DNA of 62,922 nt, the filler included, from Sanchytrium tribonematis (lineage: Eukaryota): assembly GCA_018985235.1 (NCBI GenBank). It is 17 parts of 17 records of this genome, joined end to end, with 100 filler letters (N's around TTAATTAATTAA, not from the genome) between each part and the next. Parts side by side here need not be neighbours in the genome. Positions count along the whole stretch, not along the records: positions 10,952 to 13,563 come from JADGIG010001017.1; positions 13,664 to 33,614 come from JADGIG010000100.1; 15 more parts are not named here. One strand, given 5' to 3'. Numbering within the stretch: the stretch's first letter is position 1; every line of letters starts with the position of its first letter. Below are positions 11,292-22,163 of the stretch, one piece after another. The position numbers and the translations under genes were made by a program. The notes under the pieces were generated by a model. That model was given only the letters and a program-made list of their open reading frames with translations. It made no database searches and was not told where the DNA came from.

Positions 11292-11768
11292 ATGTTGGAC
11301 GAAGCACCATTGCCATCTCTAGTGATGCTGCTTACTCCAGAAGACTACCCTAAGCCATTTAGAACCCCTGATAAGCTGTACGCCCATCCAAATGACTATA
11401 TTGTCACAAATAACATCATTCAACCAAATATATTTTATTATAGACGTAATCAAAGGGCACGATTATTTCTGAGATTGTCTATTATAATTGAAAATGATCA
11501 ATATACCATTGCCACATTTCTATTAGACACTGGTTGTTGCACGCATCTTTATGTGAATGATAGATTATATGGTCTATTGAAACATCGCATTATGATGGAT
11601 GAGTTGGGATTTGAATATATTGAGATGAATATTCATGGTGACAGGGCCAAATGTCTTGTGAAAAGTACTGGAAATCAACAATCTGCAAATGTAATGGGTT
11701 TACCAATGTTGATTCTAATAGGAATCAATTTAAAACAAATGGGACACGCTCTGTGGAAACTAGACTAG
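11292..11768 (+). CDS. Single-domain retropepsin-like aspartic protease
   Basis: FLLDTGC catalytic-type motif and downstream NVMG. Confidence 0.55.
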   Translation: MLDEAPLPSLVMLLTPEDYPKPFRTPDKLYAHPNDYIVTNNIIQPNIFYYRRNQRARLFLRLSIIIENDQYTIATFLLDTGCCTHLYVNDRLYGLLKHRIMMDELGFEYIEMNIHGDRAKCLVKSTGNQQSANVMGLPMLILIGINLKQMGHALWKLD

Positions 11769-11831
11769 GAGAAAATCTTGGTTTTTTGTAAATTCAATTT
11801 AAAGTTTTTCAAGTCATTTACATTACAATAA

Positions 11832-11919
11832 CTAGACGAGGGTTGCTTGACCCGATTTACACTGTGAAAGCTAGACGAGGATCGTGACTTGATTTACGCT
11901 TTCAAAGCTAGACGAGGGT
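11832..11919 (+). repeat. Degenerate tandem repeat, 37-39 bp period, core CTAGACGAGG x3
   Basis: Cores at 11832, 11871 and 11908. Confidence 0.75.
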
Positions 11920-12267
11920 TTGTCGAACTTTAAGTTTTACACGTATTCAATTTATTCATTGTTTGTGCAATAAAGAAGAATACAGGAATTTTTATTAGTA
12001 AATTATTTAGTTATCTTTCTGATCTCAAGTCATAACTATAAAAATGCAAGACATGGAACATGTTTTCAAATGGTGCAACAGCTTCATTCAAATCAATGTT
12101 AAAAAGTATATAACCATTCGGGATTCCTATTCGAGTCGAATCAGCATCTACTATATCAACTATACATAGTTCATTGATTGGTTGTTTTGATTGGTTTGGT
12201 ACTTGACGATTTTGATTGGCACATGCACGTGTTTTAAGATTTCGGAAGTCTGATACATTGTTCCCCG

Positions 12268-12486
12268 ATGTTGTCGATTTTTTTTGCCATGTTAGTTGTC
12301 TCCCAAGGCTGTAACGATCCGTCTCTTTCAATTGAAAAAGGTCGATGTACAGACGATACTTTTACAGATAACAGTAATACAAATAATGTTTCAACAGGGC
12401 GTAAAAATGCATCAACTAACGATAAAGTGAGTTTATCCAGCGCCACCGGCCACGTTATGGGGCTCGTACTCTTTTGTTTACAATAA
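12268..12486 (+). CDS. Small secreted, possibly GPI-anchored protein
   Basis: Hydrophobic N- and C-termini with a Ser/Thr/Asn-rich middle. Confidence 0.45.
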   Translation: MLSIFFAMLVVSQGCNDPSLSIEKGRCTDDTFTDNSNTNNVSTGRKNASTNDKVSLSSATGHVMGLVLFCLQ

Positions 12487-12685
12487 ACGATTTAAAAATA
12501 GAAGACAGTCTGATTTGAATCATTATTCACTGGCAAGTTACCAGTATTTATTTTAAAGTTTCTTGACGATATCCAATCTCAAAACATGGATTGTGTCCCA
12601 TCGGAAACACATCCTTTAGACGCTCTTGGACGATCTAGAGTCCATATTGTTTTGCACATTTTCAATGGACTATTAAATCTGATTA

Positions 12686-12931
12686 ATGCCATCTCGATTT
12701 ACTTACATTCCAACCAACCCAGAGTACTTTAAATTGACAATAGCACTTGGACCAGTGCCAGATAAATACAAGAGATATCGTAGACCCTTTTGTGACATTC
12801 AAAGACCATATTTTTGCGATTTTTCAGGTTGTGATCGCAGATACGGTATGATTAGCCATTTAAATACTCATAAACGTATCAAAGACCACGGTGTCTCTGC
12901 CACAAAACATGATTTCAAACAGCTTGAATAA
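12686..12931 (+). CDS. Small C2H2 zinc-finger protein
   Basis: RPYFCDFSGCDRRYGMISHLNTHKRIKDHG. Confidence 0.8.
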   Translation: MPSRFTYIPTNPEYFKLTIALGPVPDKYKRYRRPFCDIQRPYFCDFSGCDRRYGMISHLNTHKRIKDHGVSATKHDFKQLE

Positions 12932-13272
12932 ATTGGTATGACCATTGTGCTTGGACTTAGGTCCTGAAAAATAAATACCTTTTTCAAAATAATATAAAAA
13001 TGAGACTAAATAAAGAATTTATAGCTACAGAGATAAAAAATTATTTTTGAAATTTTGAATCTTGTGAATGGAATGGATTCTGAGACATGTAAAAAAAAGA
13101 GATCCCGAGGTCTTTATGAGCCACACTTTTGACCAAACCAAGTAAATTGGATATCAAATCTATAGTTTGCAACAAAGTAAACGAATCTGTGTGGTTTCTA
13201 CTCCAAGAATTCAAATATCAACATGATTGGACAATATGAATTAAAGGAGATATCCTCTCGAAACTACTTCAT

Positions 13273-13563
13273 ATGACTTTGAATACATCCGCACCAATTC
13301 AAATTGACTATATTGAAGATGTAAAGTTAGATAAATCTGAAATTCTAGGTAGTGGTGCTTATGGTATAGTTTATCTTGGGGCATGGCAAAACCGAAAAAT
13401 TGCCATCAAAGTCATTAAAGATTTTGCATTTCGTAAGCCATACAGCACCCGAGTGAAATCAGATGCACTAGAATCGAGCACATCAGTGCTTCGTGAGGTA
13501 AAAGCACTTGGAACATTGACAGATTTTTCCAATATTTGCAAATATTATGGGGTGACTTGTGTT
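13273..13563 (+). CDS. Tyrosine-kinase-like protein kinase, N-lobe (partial)
   Basis: LGSGAYGIVY, IAIK; truncated by linker. Confidence 0.85.
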
Positions 13564-13755
13564 NNNNNNNNNNNNNNNNNNNNNNNNNNNNNNNNNNNNN
13601 NNNNNNNTTAATTAATTAANNNNNNNNNNNNNNNNNNNNNNNNNNNNNNNNNNNNNNNNNNNNTTTTTAAATTAATAATATACGAAAACCTTGCACCAAT
13701 CAGAAAAAAAATTGGCAAAACCACAATGTAATTCTATTGAGGCTACTAACATTTA

Positions 13756-14166
13756 TTATCTATAAACATCTTCAAATTTTACGACAGCTGTAGGAAGGGA
13801 CTTGACCATTTCTTTGGCAGTGACCTTGTCTTTTAGAAACACGTGAAAATGTCCATTATGGCCCGAAAGGCATCCGTCACATGGTCGTTTTACATAATAT
13901 CCGATAACGTTCCCACAGATCATACAAAATACATCAAAAAGCGAACACCCACATGTCGCCCTCTTGAAATTTTGATCTTCAAGCTTAGAAGCATTAATGA
14001 CTATGTCTGCGCTATAGAGAGATTTGGTGGGGTCGCTTAGAAGAGCAGATTGTGTAGATCTTGTAGTTAAAAGAGTATCACAGTATATGCATGACAATTT
14101 GAATATCTTTTTATGCCTTGACGTATGATTAGAATCATAAAGCACTCTTCTTCTTGGTGAGATCAT
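13756..14166 (-). CDS. FAM72-family zinc-binding protein
   Basis: CIYCDTLLTTR...ALLSD...LYSAD...CGC...CMICGNVIGYYVKRPCDGCL..HNGHFHVF; start position uncertain. Confidence 0.8.
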   Translation of the reverse strand: MISPRRRVLYDSNHTSRHKKIFKLSCIYCDTLLTTRSTQSALLSDPTKSLYSADIVINASKLEDQNFKRATCGCSLFDVFCMICGNVIGYYVKRPCDGCLSGHNGHFHVFLKDKVTAKEMVKSLPTAVVKFEDVYR

Positions 14167-14297
14167 AAAAATGATCCCTTTGTTCCTTTTTATACTTGCC
14201 AAATTAATTAAAGCTATCACGCTGCTTCAAAAAACCAATCAAGTAATCTTTTGTAACCTGCGAAAAGAATAACTGGTTCACAAATTACAATTATTTA

Positions 14298-17200
14298 TTA
14301 TCTGTCATGAGATCTAGATCTGCGATGTTGATGAACTCTGATAGGGCGTACTACGCTGATTGTGTGTCGTCTGTCCAATTTTCTTTTCTCCGGAGATTTT
14401 ATTATGGACTCTGCCCTTCCCACGCCATCTTCTTTCGAAAAAGCAAAGCCGTGATGTTGCTGATCTCCATTCAATATGATTACGCTGGATTGATTTGATA
14501 AAATGCTGTTTCTATGGTTTAAGTTGGTATTGATAGGATCTGGTATAAGCGGCTGTAGCCCAAATTTGCTTGAATTTCGCTCCAAAACACTAGATGGTAA
14601 TGGAGATGCTATTATTTGTGGCAAAGGAGACCTCAATTCTAAAGAGGAGTATCTAGGCAATTGCTGTGGTTCAGTAACGATGGTCAGTCCCCCTGTCTTG
14701 TAAATCTCTTGAAATATATCAATATCAGTGCTAAAATAAGTTCTTCTCATAAATTCGTATAACAACCAAGGTAGTTGACATAGACTGGTGGTCATTATTA
14801 GCGTGAACCAAAATATAATTGAACCAAGTGTAGTATTCACAACACCATATAGAGGACTTTGTACCGCGAAACTGGCACCTATAACATATATTAAGATAGT
14901 CAAAGTGCTTCCCCAAACAAATGCCAAATGTATAATTGTCCAATATTTTGAGCATAATAAACAGTACAAATTCGCATTTAGAACTGCAGCTATAGCCATA
15001 GTTGTCCCAACCGTAATTTTGTCTACTGTACGACCGCCGTCCAATATAATATTATAATATGCCAAAAACGGTACATAGAAGCAAATAACTGACTGATATA
15101 ATCCCACGAACATGACAAGTAGAAAATTTTGATACGTGTATATACTGTTAGATTGGCTACATTTGTAAAGAGACGGAACGCCTAAAAGTACACTCCTTTC
15201 AACTGTTTTATCAAATCCTCCGATAGCTGCGACTGGCAAGGCTGTAAATAAAACATTAAACATCATCATATAAGAAAAATCCCAAACATACTCATAGCTG
15301 AAAAATGAATGGAATTGAAACCAAAACAACACACCTACCCAAATTACATTCTTTTGAAAAAATGTTAAAATCATCCACGAGATTCTGTGGTAATTCCAAT
15401 GCCCATGAACTAATACAAGGGAAACAAGAAAGCGAAACTTATCAATCGCATAGTCTGCATTCATAGCCGCTTGCATTCCTTCCACACCTCGTATTCCAAC
15501 GCCGATGTGTGCAGTTTGAATCATATTGACATCGTTCGCGCCATCTCCAATTGCCAAGGTAATGACGTCTTGCTTCAGCCGAACCATTTTAACAACTTCA
15601 GCTTTTTGCAAAGGACTAACACGGCAACAAATGACTGACGAACATCTAGCACAAAATCTCAAGAATAGATCCACATGGATCGGAGATAAGGCTTGTTCAA
15701 GGGCTTCTCCATCAATAACAAGCGCATTATTGTTAATATTCACTTGTAGTTGCTTTGCAAAAAGCTCCAGTTCGGTGGAGATATCAGCTTGCTTGCCGCG
15801 AATAACGAAGAGTTTTTGTTCTGGCTTTAGTAAATGTGTACTAAACCCAATGGACATTGCAGTTTCTACTTTGTCGCCTGTCAAAATCCAAACCAAAATA
15901 CCAGCCTCTTGGAATAATTTAATTGCTTGTGGAACATATTCTTGAAGTTTGTCTTCGATTCCTGTAGCTCCCACAATTGTCCAATCTTGTTCAATCTCGT
16001 CGTAAAGTCGAGCAATTTGGTCTTTAGAAGCTTCGCTTTGCAGTACATCTTTATATCGTTTCTGCCAAGATTGGTAATAATCTGGTTTTATCTCTTTGTA
16101 CGAAAAACACAATGTCCTTAATCCAGATTGGGCAAAACTCTGCAGATGAGAATCTATGCTGATTTGAACAGAGGGATTGGGTATGCAACGTTTGAACATT
16201 AAATCATCTGCCCCTTTAGTGAATAGAATGATCTTTCCATCAAAACTTTGAACAATCACACTCATTCTTTTTCGAGAGCTTGTAAATTCGATTACATGAA
16301 GAATTGTATAATGATAAGATTTTTCTCTGATTTTTAAAGTAATCATGTTTCCATCACGATGATCAAATACGAACCCACAATCTTTGGCTTTGGTCAGCAA
16401 TGCTATTTCGTCTGGACTTTCACTAACGTATATTTTATTTTGATCCTTATGTTCAATGACAACCGTGTGACAGCACAGTAAGATTGTAAAAAACACATCT
16501 ATGTCTCCGTCAATAGGGAGTGGATTGTCCATTGTATATCGATTATGCATTATTCCACACGCTATAAAATTCATTTTGTTTTCTGTTAAGGTCCCAGTTT
16601 TATCACTAAATATGATATCAACCAAACCTAATTCATCGGCCAAAGTCCATGTACGAGCCAGGGCAGGTTGTTTCCCTCGCATTTCTTTATCACAGTATAT
16701 CCAATAGGATTGCAATCCTTTAATAATTTCTACTGTTATAAACAGCGAAAGTGGAACTATATTTTGGAAAGCCAATAAACCGTCAAAAATATGGAGAAAA
16801 GCTAAAAAATACTTATTTTCTGACGCACTAAACCAAGGATCAAGACTAGCATCGACGACGAAACCAACAGAACTGATGAACACAAACAAGAGCAATAAGA
16901 GGAGATTACCAATAACAAATGGGTTTGTTTTTCGATCGACGCTGCTAAGTTTTTGGCCTTTTGTTCCGGTGTTCATTTGTATCCTAGTTTCTTGACCCGT
17001 ATAGATCACTACACCGACTATAAAATCAGTGTGCTTTAAAGTGCACCCTCTCCATATGGTATTATCAAGAGACAATGATTTACCGTCGTAGTTCCCAGAA
17101 AAAGAATAAATTTGATTAATTGGTTCTTCAACTTGAATTGGTAATTTAGGCACATCAAGCCTTTTCAAGACATCCGCTTTTAAAGGCAAAGTAGAGATAC

Positions 17201-17675
17201 TGGATCTCAATTTCATGTTAGTCTCCCCATCAAGATTTTTCGTTTCAATATAGCAGTAACCATTGTTTTCACTTGAATGCAAAAGAACAATGTCAGCAGG
17301 AATTTGCTGATCTTCATAAATTACAACTATATGGCCTAATTTGATATCTCGGCTAGCTAGATGGCCGATTCCGAAAATTTCAAATGTCAAATTGTTTTGA
17401 ATTAAATCGCTCTTATACCGTTGATAATCTTCTAAAGCATCCTTAAGCATACTTACAGCTACGACTGCGATCAATGGTACAGCCGCAAAAACAGGACTTG
17501 TTATTGCAAATAAAGGACATAATTGTAATATCAGTAGAAACAGGAAGTAAAAATTTGCCCATTTTGAAAATTGAAATACGATGTTTTTGGGTATGAAGTT
17601 TGCAATAGTATAATGCGTTGTTTTAATTAAATTAGAGCTCAAGATTATTGGTTCATTGATGGTCAAAGACCTCAT
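14298..17675 (-). CDS. P4-type phospholipid flippase ATPase
   Basis: ETKNLDGETN, SDKTGTLT, LTGDK, AIGDGANDV and TM segments. Confidence 0.95.
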   Translation of the reverse strand: MRSLTINEPIILSSNLIKTTHYTIANFIPKNIVFQFSKWANFYFLFLLILQLCPLFAITSPVFAAVPLIAVVAVSMLKDALEDYQRYKSDLIQNNLTFEIFGIGHLASRDIKLGHIVVIYEDQQIPADIVLLHSSENNGYCYIETKNLDGETNMKLRSSISTLPLKADVLKRLDVPKLPIQVEEPINQIYSFSGNYDGKSLSLDNTIWRGCTLKHTDFIVGVVIYTGQETRIQMNTGTKGQKLSSVDRKTNPFVIGNLLLLLLFVFISSVGFVVDASLDPWFSASENKYFLAFLHIFDGLLAFQNIVPLSLFITVEIIKGLQSYWIYCDKEMRGKQPALARTWTLADELGLVDIIFSDKTGTLTENKMNFIACGIMHNRYTMDNPLPIDGDIDVFFTILLCCHTVVIEHKDQNKIYVSESPDEIALLTKAKDCGFVFDHRDGNMITLKIREKSYHYTILHVIEFTSSRKRMSVIVQSFDGKIILFTKGADDLMFKRCIPNPSVQISIDSHLQSFAQSGLRTLCFSYKEIKPDYYQSWQKRYKDVLQSEASKDQIARLYDEIEQDWTIVGATGIEDKLQEYVPQAIKLFQEAGILVWILTGDKVETAMSIGFSTHLLKPEQKLFVIRGKQADISTELELFAKQLQVNINNNALVIDGEALEQALSPIHVDLFLRFCARCSSVICCRVSPLQKAEVVKMVRLKQDVITLAIGDGANDVNMIQTAHIGVGIRGVEGMQAAMNADYAIDKFRFLVSLVLVHGHWNYHRISWMILTFFQKNVIWVGVLFWFQFHSFFSYEYVWDFSYMMMFNVLFTALPVAAIGGFDKTVERSVLLGVPSLYKCSQSNSIYTYQNFLLVMFVGLYQSVICFYVPFLAYYNIILDGGRTVDKITVGTTMAIAAVLNANLYCLLCSKYWTIIHLAFVWGSTLTILIYVIGASFAVQSPLYGVVNTTLGSIIFWFTLIMTTSLCQLPWLLYEFMRRTYFSTDIDIFQEIYKTGGLTIVTEPQQLPRYSSLELRSPLPQIIASPLPSSVLERNSSKFGLQPLIPDPINTNLNHRNSILSNQSSVIILNGDQQHHGFAFSKEDGVGRAESIIKSPEKRKLDRRHTISVVRPIRVHQHRRSRSHDR

Positions 17676-17779
17676 TATTCTCCAAAGTTTCAAAATTATT
17701 ACCTGTAAAAAGTCAAAAGTCTAAAAGCCAATCAAGATGTTTGGTGATCAATTAAAAAGTCCAACCCATTGCCTTTTAA

Positions 17780-18454
17780 ATGCATCGCAATCTTTCAATA
17801 ATCGAGCAATTGCCTGACGACATTCTATTTACTTTGTTTCGATATGTTGATGACGTCGATTTAATTTGCCTAAGCATGGTTTCAACCAAATTGCAACAAG
17901 GACTAAAAAAGTTCGAATCACTTCTACAGCAGTTGAAGAGAAATCATTTGGTGTATTTATTTCAAAGAAAACAGCGACCTACATTGGATCAACTGGTGCC
18001 AAATATTGTTCCCGGAAATTCCAGCTTAATTTTAAGTGGAAATATTTCCACACTTTTATTCATCTCAGTCCGTCAAAAAGATTTGGCCAAAAAATTTATC
18101 AGAGACAGAATGAGTAGGAAATTGTCAAAAAGACCAAGTCCAGATTCTATCAGTCACCAAATTCTGCCAAAAATCTACCGTGGGGCCGATTCTCAGGTGG
18201 CAAAAGCCGTATATCAAATATCCAAAGATTCTAGAAAGAATAATATTAAGGCAATGATAAGCATGCACTTGATGAATAAGAAACCTAGATGGGGAGTATT
18301 ATTTAGTTCTATTGAAAAACTTTTGCGATCCAAATTATCCAATGGTTTCGATGTAGCTCTGCAAAGATTCCAAATAGAAACGCAATTATTGGTCTGCCCT
18401 CCAATTAAATCTAAAAAAGTTTACTTTGAATCGCTATCTCTCATAAAAAAATAA
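17780..18454 (+). CDS. F-box protein with RPEL-like repeats
   Basis: IEQLPDDILFTLFRYV F-box; RPTLDQLV and LSKRPSPDSI. Confidence 0.6.
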   Translation: MHRNLSIIEQLPDDILFTLFRYVDDVDLICLSMVSTKLQQGLKKFESLLQQLKRNHLVYLFQRKQRPTLDQLVPNIVPGNSSLILSGNISTLLFISVRQKDLAKKFIRDRMSRKLSKRPSPDSISHQILPKIYRGADSQVAKAVYQISKDSRKNNIKAMISMHLMNKKPRWGVLFSSIEKLLRSKLSNGFDVALQRFQIETQLLVCPPIKSKKVYFESLSLIKK

Positions 18455-18469
18455 AATTTTATTGGCCAA

Positions 18470-19953
18470 ATGGAAAACGTTTTACAATTAACATCAGAAG
18501 AAAAATTGGAGTATAAATTTCATGATTTATCTACCAAAACAGCTAGCATAAGATCATTGATTATCTCAGAATTTGAAATTTTTGAAAATATCAATTTTGC
18601 TTCCCTCGTTAGAACCGATATTAATGAGATTAATAATCCAATCAAGCGTGAACAAATTTTATATTCAAATCCTCTTATGCCATGTATGTTTAGTACTCTT
18701 CAACGAGTAGTGAATGAAAACACTCTGACTGTGGAAGAAAGAAGACTAGCTCGCAAGAAGCTACGAGGTATAATACCCTTGAGCGCATTCGCAAATTTTC
18801 TAGCCAATCGTAAAATCAAACTTATTTAGACAATTGCTTCAAATATTTCATAAACTGCGTGGTTATGACTGATGTAACAGTATTGGCATTATATGTTCAA
18901 TTGCAAAATTCATCCCACCCATTTTTATATTATCAAGGTGCAATTTCAATTTCGATTTTAATTATTTATGTCTTCGAACTAATAATTAAAGCTTTCGATA
19001 ACAAATCCGCCATGTGGAAAAACAAATGGGAAATTTTTAACCTTACAATTACTTTTTCTACGGCTTTACTTGAACTAATTATCATGTTTGTGTCAGAAAG
19101 AGGAATTGCTAGAAGTAAAAAGTTGGAGAATCTGCGAATTTTGAGGGTCTTTAGAATTTTCAAGCTGGTCGCAAATATTGCGCACTTAAGGATAATTATC
19201 AAAACGATTACAGTAGCATTCAGACCCTTATTATATATTGGCGTCTTAATGCTGATGGCTTTAGGATTATTCTCAATAGTGGGTGTCTCTCTTTTTTCTT
19301 CGGATGCAATAATAGGTATTAAAGGAAGGAGGTTCAACTCATTAGGAACCAGTATAGCCCTTTTATATCAAATTATGACTTTAGACAACTGGACTGATTC
19401 GTACTTTGATCTAATAGAGGTCCTAGATCCTTTAATTGTGTCGGCATATTTTGTCTTATGGATTTGTCTTGGTGCATTCATTTTCAAAAATGTCTTCGTT
19501 GGAGTTCTTGTGAATAATTTTGCGAAAGTAGACGAAATGCTGCGAGAAGAGCGCGAGCGACTCAAAAAATTTTATAAATTAGGTTTAATGAAGAAAAAAT
19601 TTCAAGGTGAATTAAAAAGAGCTGAAGTAAGATTGGAGAAAGCTGGTTCCTATGTGTTCCAGCTATCTAAACAAAGGTTGAAGCAGACAGATGATTATCT
19701 ATCACCTATTGGAGCTCAAGTCAAAAAGAATTATTCATGGGCCAATTTTGCCACAAGACAAGACCTTGTCGATTGGGAAACAATTCTGAGAGAAACCATA
19801 TCAGCCATTACCTTAAATACTAATCAAGTGAAGTGGCCCAGAAAGTTATCATACGAGTATCTACAAATTTTGTCAAGCATGCAGGAAGATATTGAAGAGT
19901 TGACTCAAGTCGATATTTTGGCAAATCAGCTTATTTTAGAAATTCTTCAATAA
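18470..19953 (+). CDS. CATSPER2: CatSper2-like cation channel pore subunit, 2 exons (~487 aa)
   Basis: 6-TM channel; S4 LRILRVFRIFKL; pore MTLDNW; CatSper2-type N-terminal IRSLIISEF and C-terminal DWETIL...WPRKLSYEYLQIL; 20-nt intron joins the two ORFs. Confidence 0.85.
18810..18829 (+). other. 20-nt intron GTAAAATCAAACTTATTTAG
   Basis: Removal gives ...FLANHNCFKYFINCVVMTD, restoring the S1 helix in frame. Confidence 0.88.
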
Positions 19954-22128
19954 AGCAAAAAGTTTACTTTTTCTCTTCTATACCATAGATATAACGCCAC
20001 CAGTAGCAGCAGGAAACTCAAGAATGTCAACGACAAAATCAATACCTCTGTTTCTAACCGCATAGGTGCACCAATTACATTTAATATAAATTCATACTCA
20101 AAAGCGCAAAACGAATTCGAGTCTAACGCTCTGAGTTTAAAAACATAAAATTCATCCTGGGTGGAAGACCAAATGATACTGTTGGAAGAATTACCATCGA
20201 AGATCACATAGGGATCGACATTATTAGGTATTTGACAAGCGGACAGCGGATCCGTGTAGGGATTGTAGGTTGAATTGGGCTTTAAAGAAAAATAGCAGCC
20301 AACATCACTAGCCAAAGTTGACCAAGTGAAAGAGTACCTGCCGTACTTCTCAATCAATACGAAAGACCCAATCTGCGCCGTTTCTCCAGCGGAAGAGTTT
20401 CTTCGCACTTTCAAGTGTGGTAAAAATTCATCATTGTAATTAGTATAGTATACATCAGCACATGAATATAGGACTAATTGGTCGAGACTCCCGGTGCCAT
20501 ATTCTTGACTATTGAAATATTTTTGAGCTTTCAGCTGAATATTGATATCTAGACATTCTAATTTGTCAAGTTCCAGTTCAATGGATAGACTAGGTGGACA
20601 ATCTCGATAAAAATAATCCACATTCGGCCCCGAGCATAGAGAATAAAATGATTCGGTCCACCAAAAAACGGCAGATGACTCTGATATTATTAATTCTGAA
20701 AGAGTAGCAATTACATCAGTGGAAACTTTTTGCACAATTGATAATTGCTCACCAAATATATTTCCATACGGTGAAGAAAATTTTCCGACCAACCTTTCAA
20801 ATTTGTCTAAATAAATATCATTATCATAGTATGGTAAATCAATCAAGCTAACACTAGTACAATCTTCCCCGCTACATAAAAACAAGATACCTACTATTGG
20901 CAATAAATTCAATTAAATCAATTTCAATCCATTTTCCAGATTCAAAAAATTTGCAGTAACCTAAGAGATTGCAAAAGAAAGACCCTGGTACAATATCAAG
21001 CCTTTTCAAATAAAACTTATCAATAAGACCAATATAAAGATTCTGATCAATTGAGTATACCAGTCGTCCTGAAAATCTGATATTATTAGTTACATTTCCC
21101 AAATTATGTTCATTGTATATCAAACCAGATTTAATTATTAATTCGTCAGCAGTAATTTGATTTAAAACCTTTTCCTCTGACTGAGTCAATGAAAAGGTAT
21201 TCAAATCGATAGAAAAATAACCAGTGGAATTTTTAACAGACAATGATCTTGCTCCAATATTCACCAAGGAGTAATTTTGAGAGTTTAATTTGTCTCCATT
21301 AATGAAAAGCTTGTCTCCAAACACTATTGCATAATACGGAATGATTCCGTCAAGAATAAGAAATTCCTCGCAATTATTTGTCCAAGAAGTGTTTTCACCA
21401 AAATATAAGCACTGTTTTTGAAAATTCTGTATTACCAACGAGTCGGAAGTGATTTTCAAGTCAAAAATTGCATCAGGAACAGATAGATAATATTCTTGGT
21501 CGCTTACATATTTAATAAAGTTTAATCCCTTTTTGTAGAAAACGCTTTCGTAAGCAGTTAATGAATTGCTTTGAAAATCCAAATTTGAAGTCGGATTATC
21601 CAGTAAGAAAGAAAAATACGAATTCCAGTGAAATATGCGAAATAATTTGCGCAAGTTCAATTGAATCAACTTATCCCTAATGGGGCAACTTCCATATAAG
21701 ACTCTCCCAGCGCTGAGCAATACGTACTCCCATTTTCCGATTCTTTCTATTAGCTCCAAGCTGTATATCCCTTGGGAGTAGTTCATAATTTTCAAGTCAT
21801 TTCTTCTCTTTGCGGTTATACGAATGCCATGTCGAATAAGCGTTTCTGTCACATCTCCTTCATTGCTAATAAGGGAAACTACTAAATGCGTGGAATTGAA
21901 TGAATGACTATAATCTACGCAGGTCTTATCAACGAGACTGATTGTAGCTCTCAAAGTTCCATTCCTAAAAACTGATGTCCCTAGATTTGCGCAAATTACA
22001 TTTGAGCTTGATATTACCACACAGCCTTGTGGTACTATCCAAAACCGCAAATCAACCCCATATATATTTACATCTTTGTAATACTGAGTCGATTTAAAAA
22101 CCAGGCCAAGGACAGCGAAGAAAAACAT
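19947..22128 (-). CDS. CatSper auxiliary subunit, epsilon/delta-like, 2 exons (~720 aa)
   Basis: Signal peptide, large Cys-containing ectodomain, single C-terminal TM; C-terminal FVLIEKYGR...VGC...PYVIF...SIIW...YVFKLRALD.NSFC...F.L.V.GAP resembles CatSper epsilon/delta. Confidence 0.72.
20872..20890 (-). other. 19-nt intron GTATCTTGTTTTTATGTAG
   Basis: GT-AG ends; removal fuses ORFs 20872-22128 and 19947-20912 in frame (2163 nt); closely resembles intron 908-926. Confidence 0.85.
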
Positions 22129-22163
22129 CTTAAAACAAAGAAATTATCAAAAATAATATTTAT

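Noticed and set aside
11832..11919. CRISPR-like mini-array
   Set aside because: Core only 10 bp, spacers similar to each other, eukaryotic context, no cas genes
14307..16707. Several + strand ORFs inside the P4-ATPase (and similar antisense ORFs elsewhere)
   Set aside because: Shadow ORFs antisense to well-supported genes
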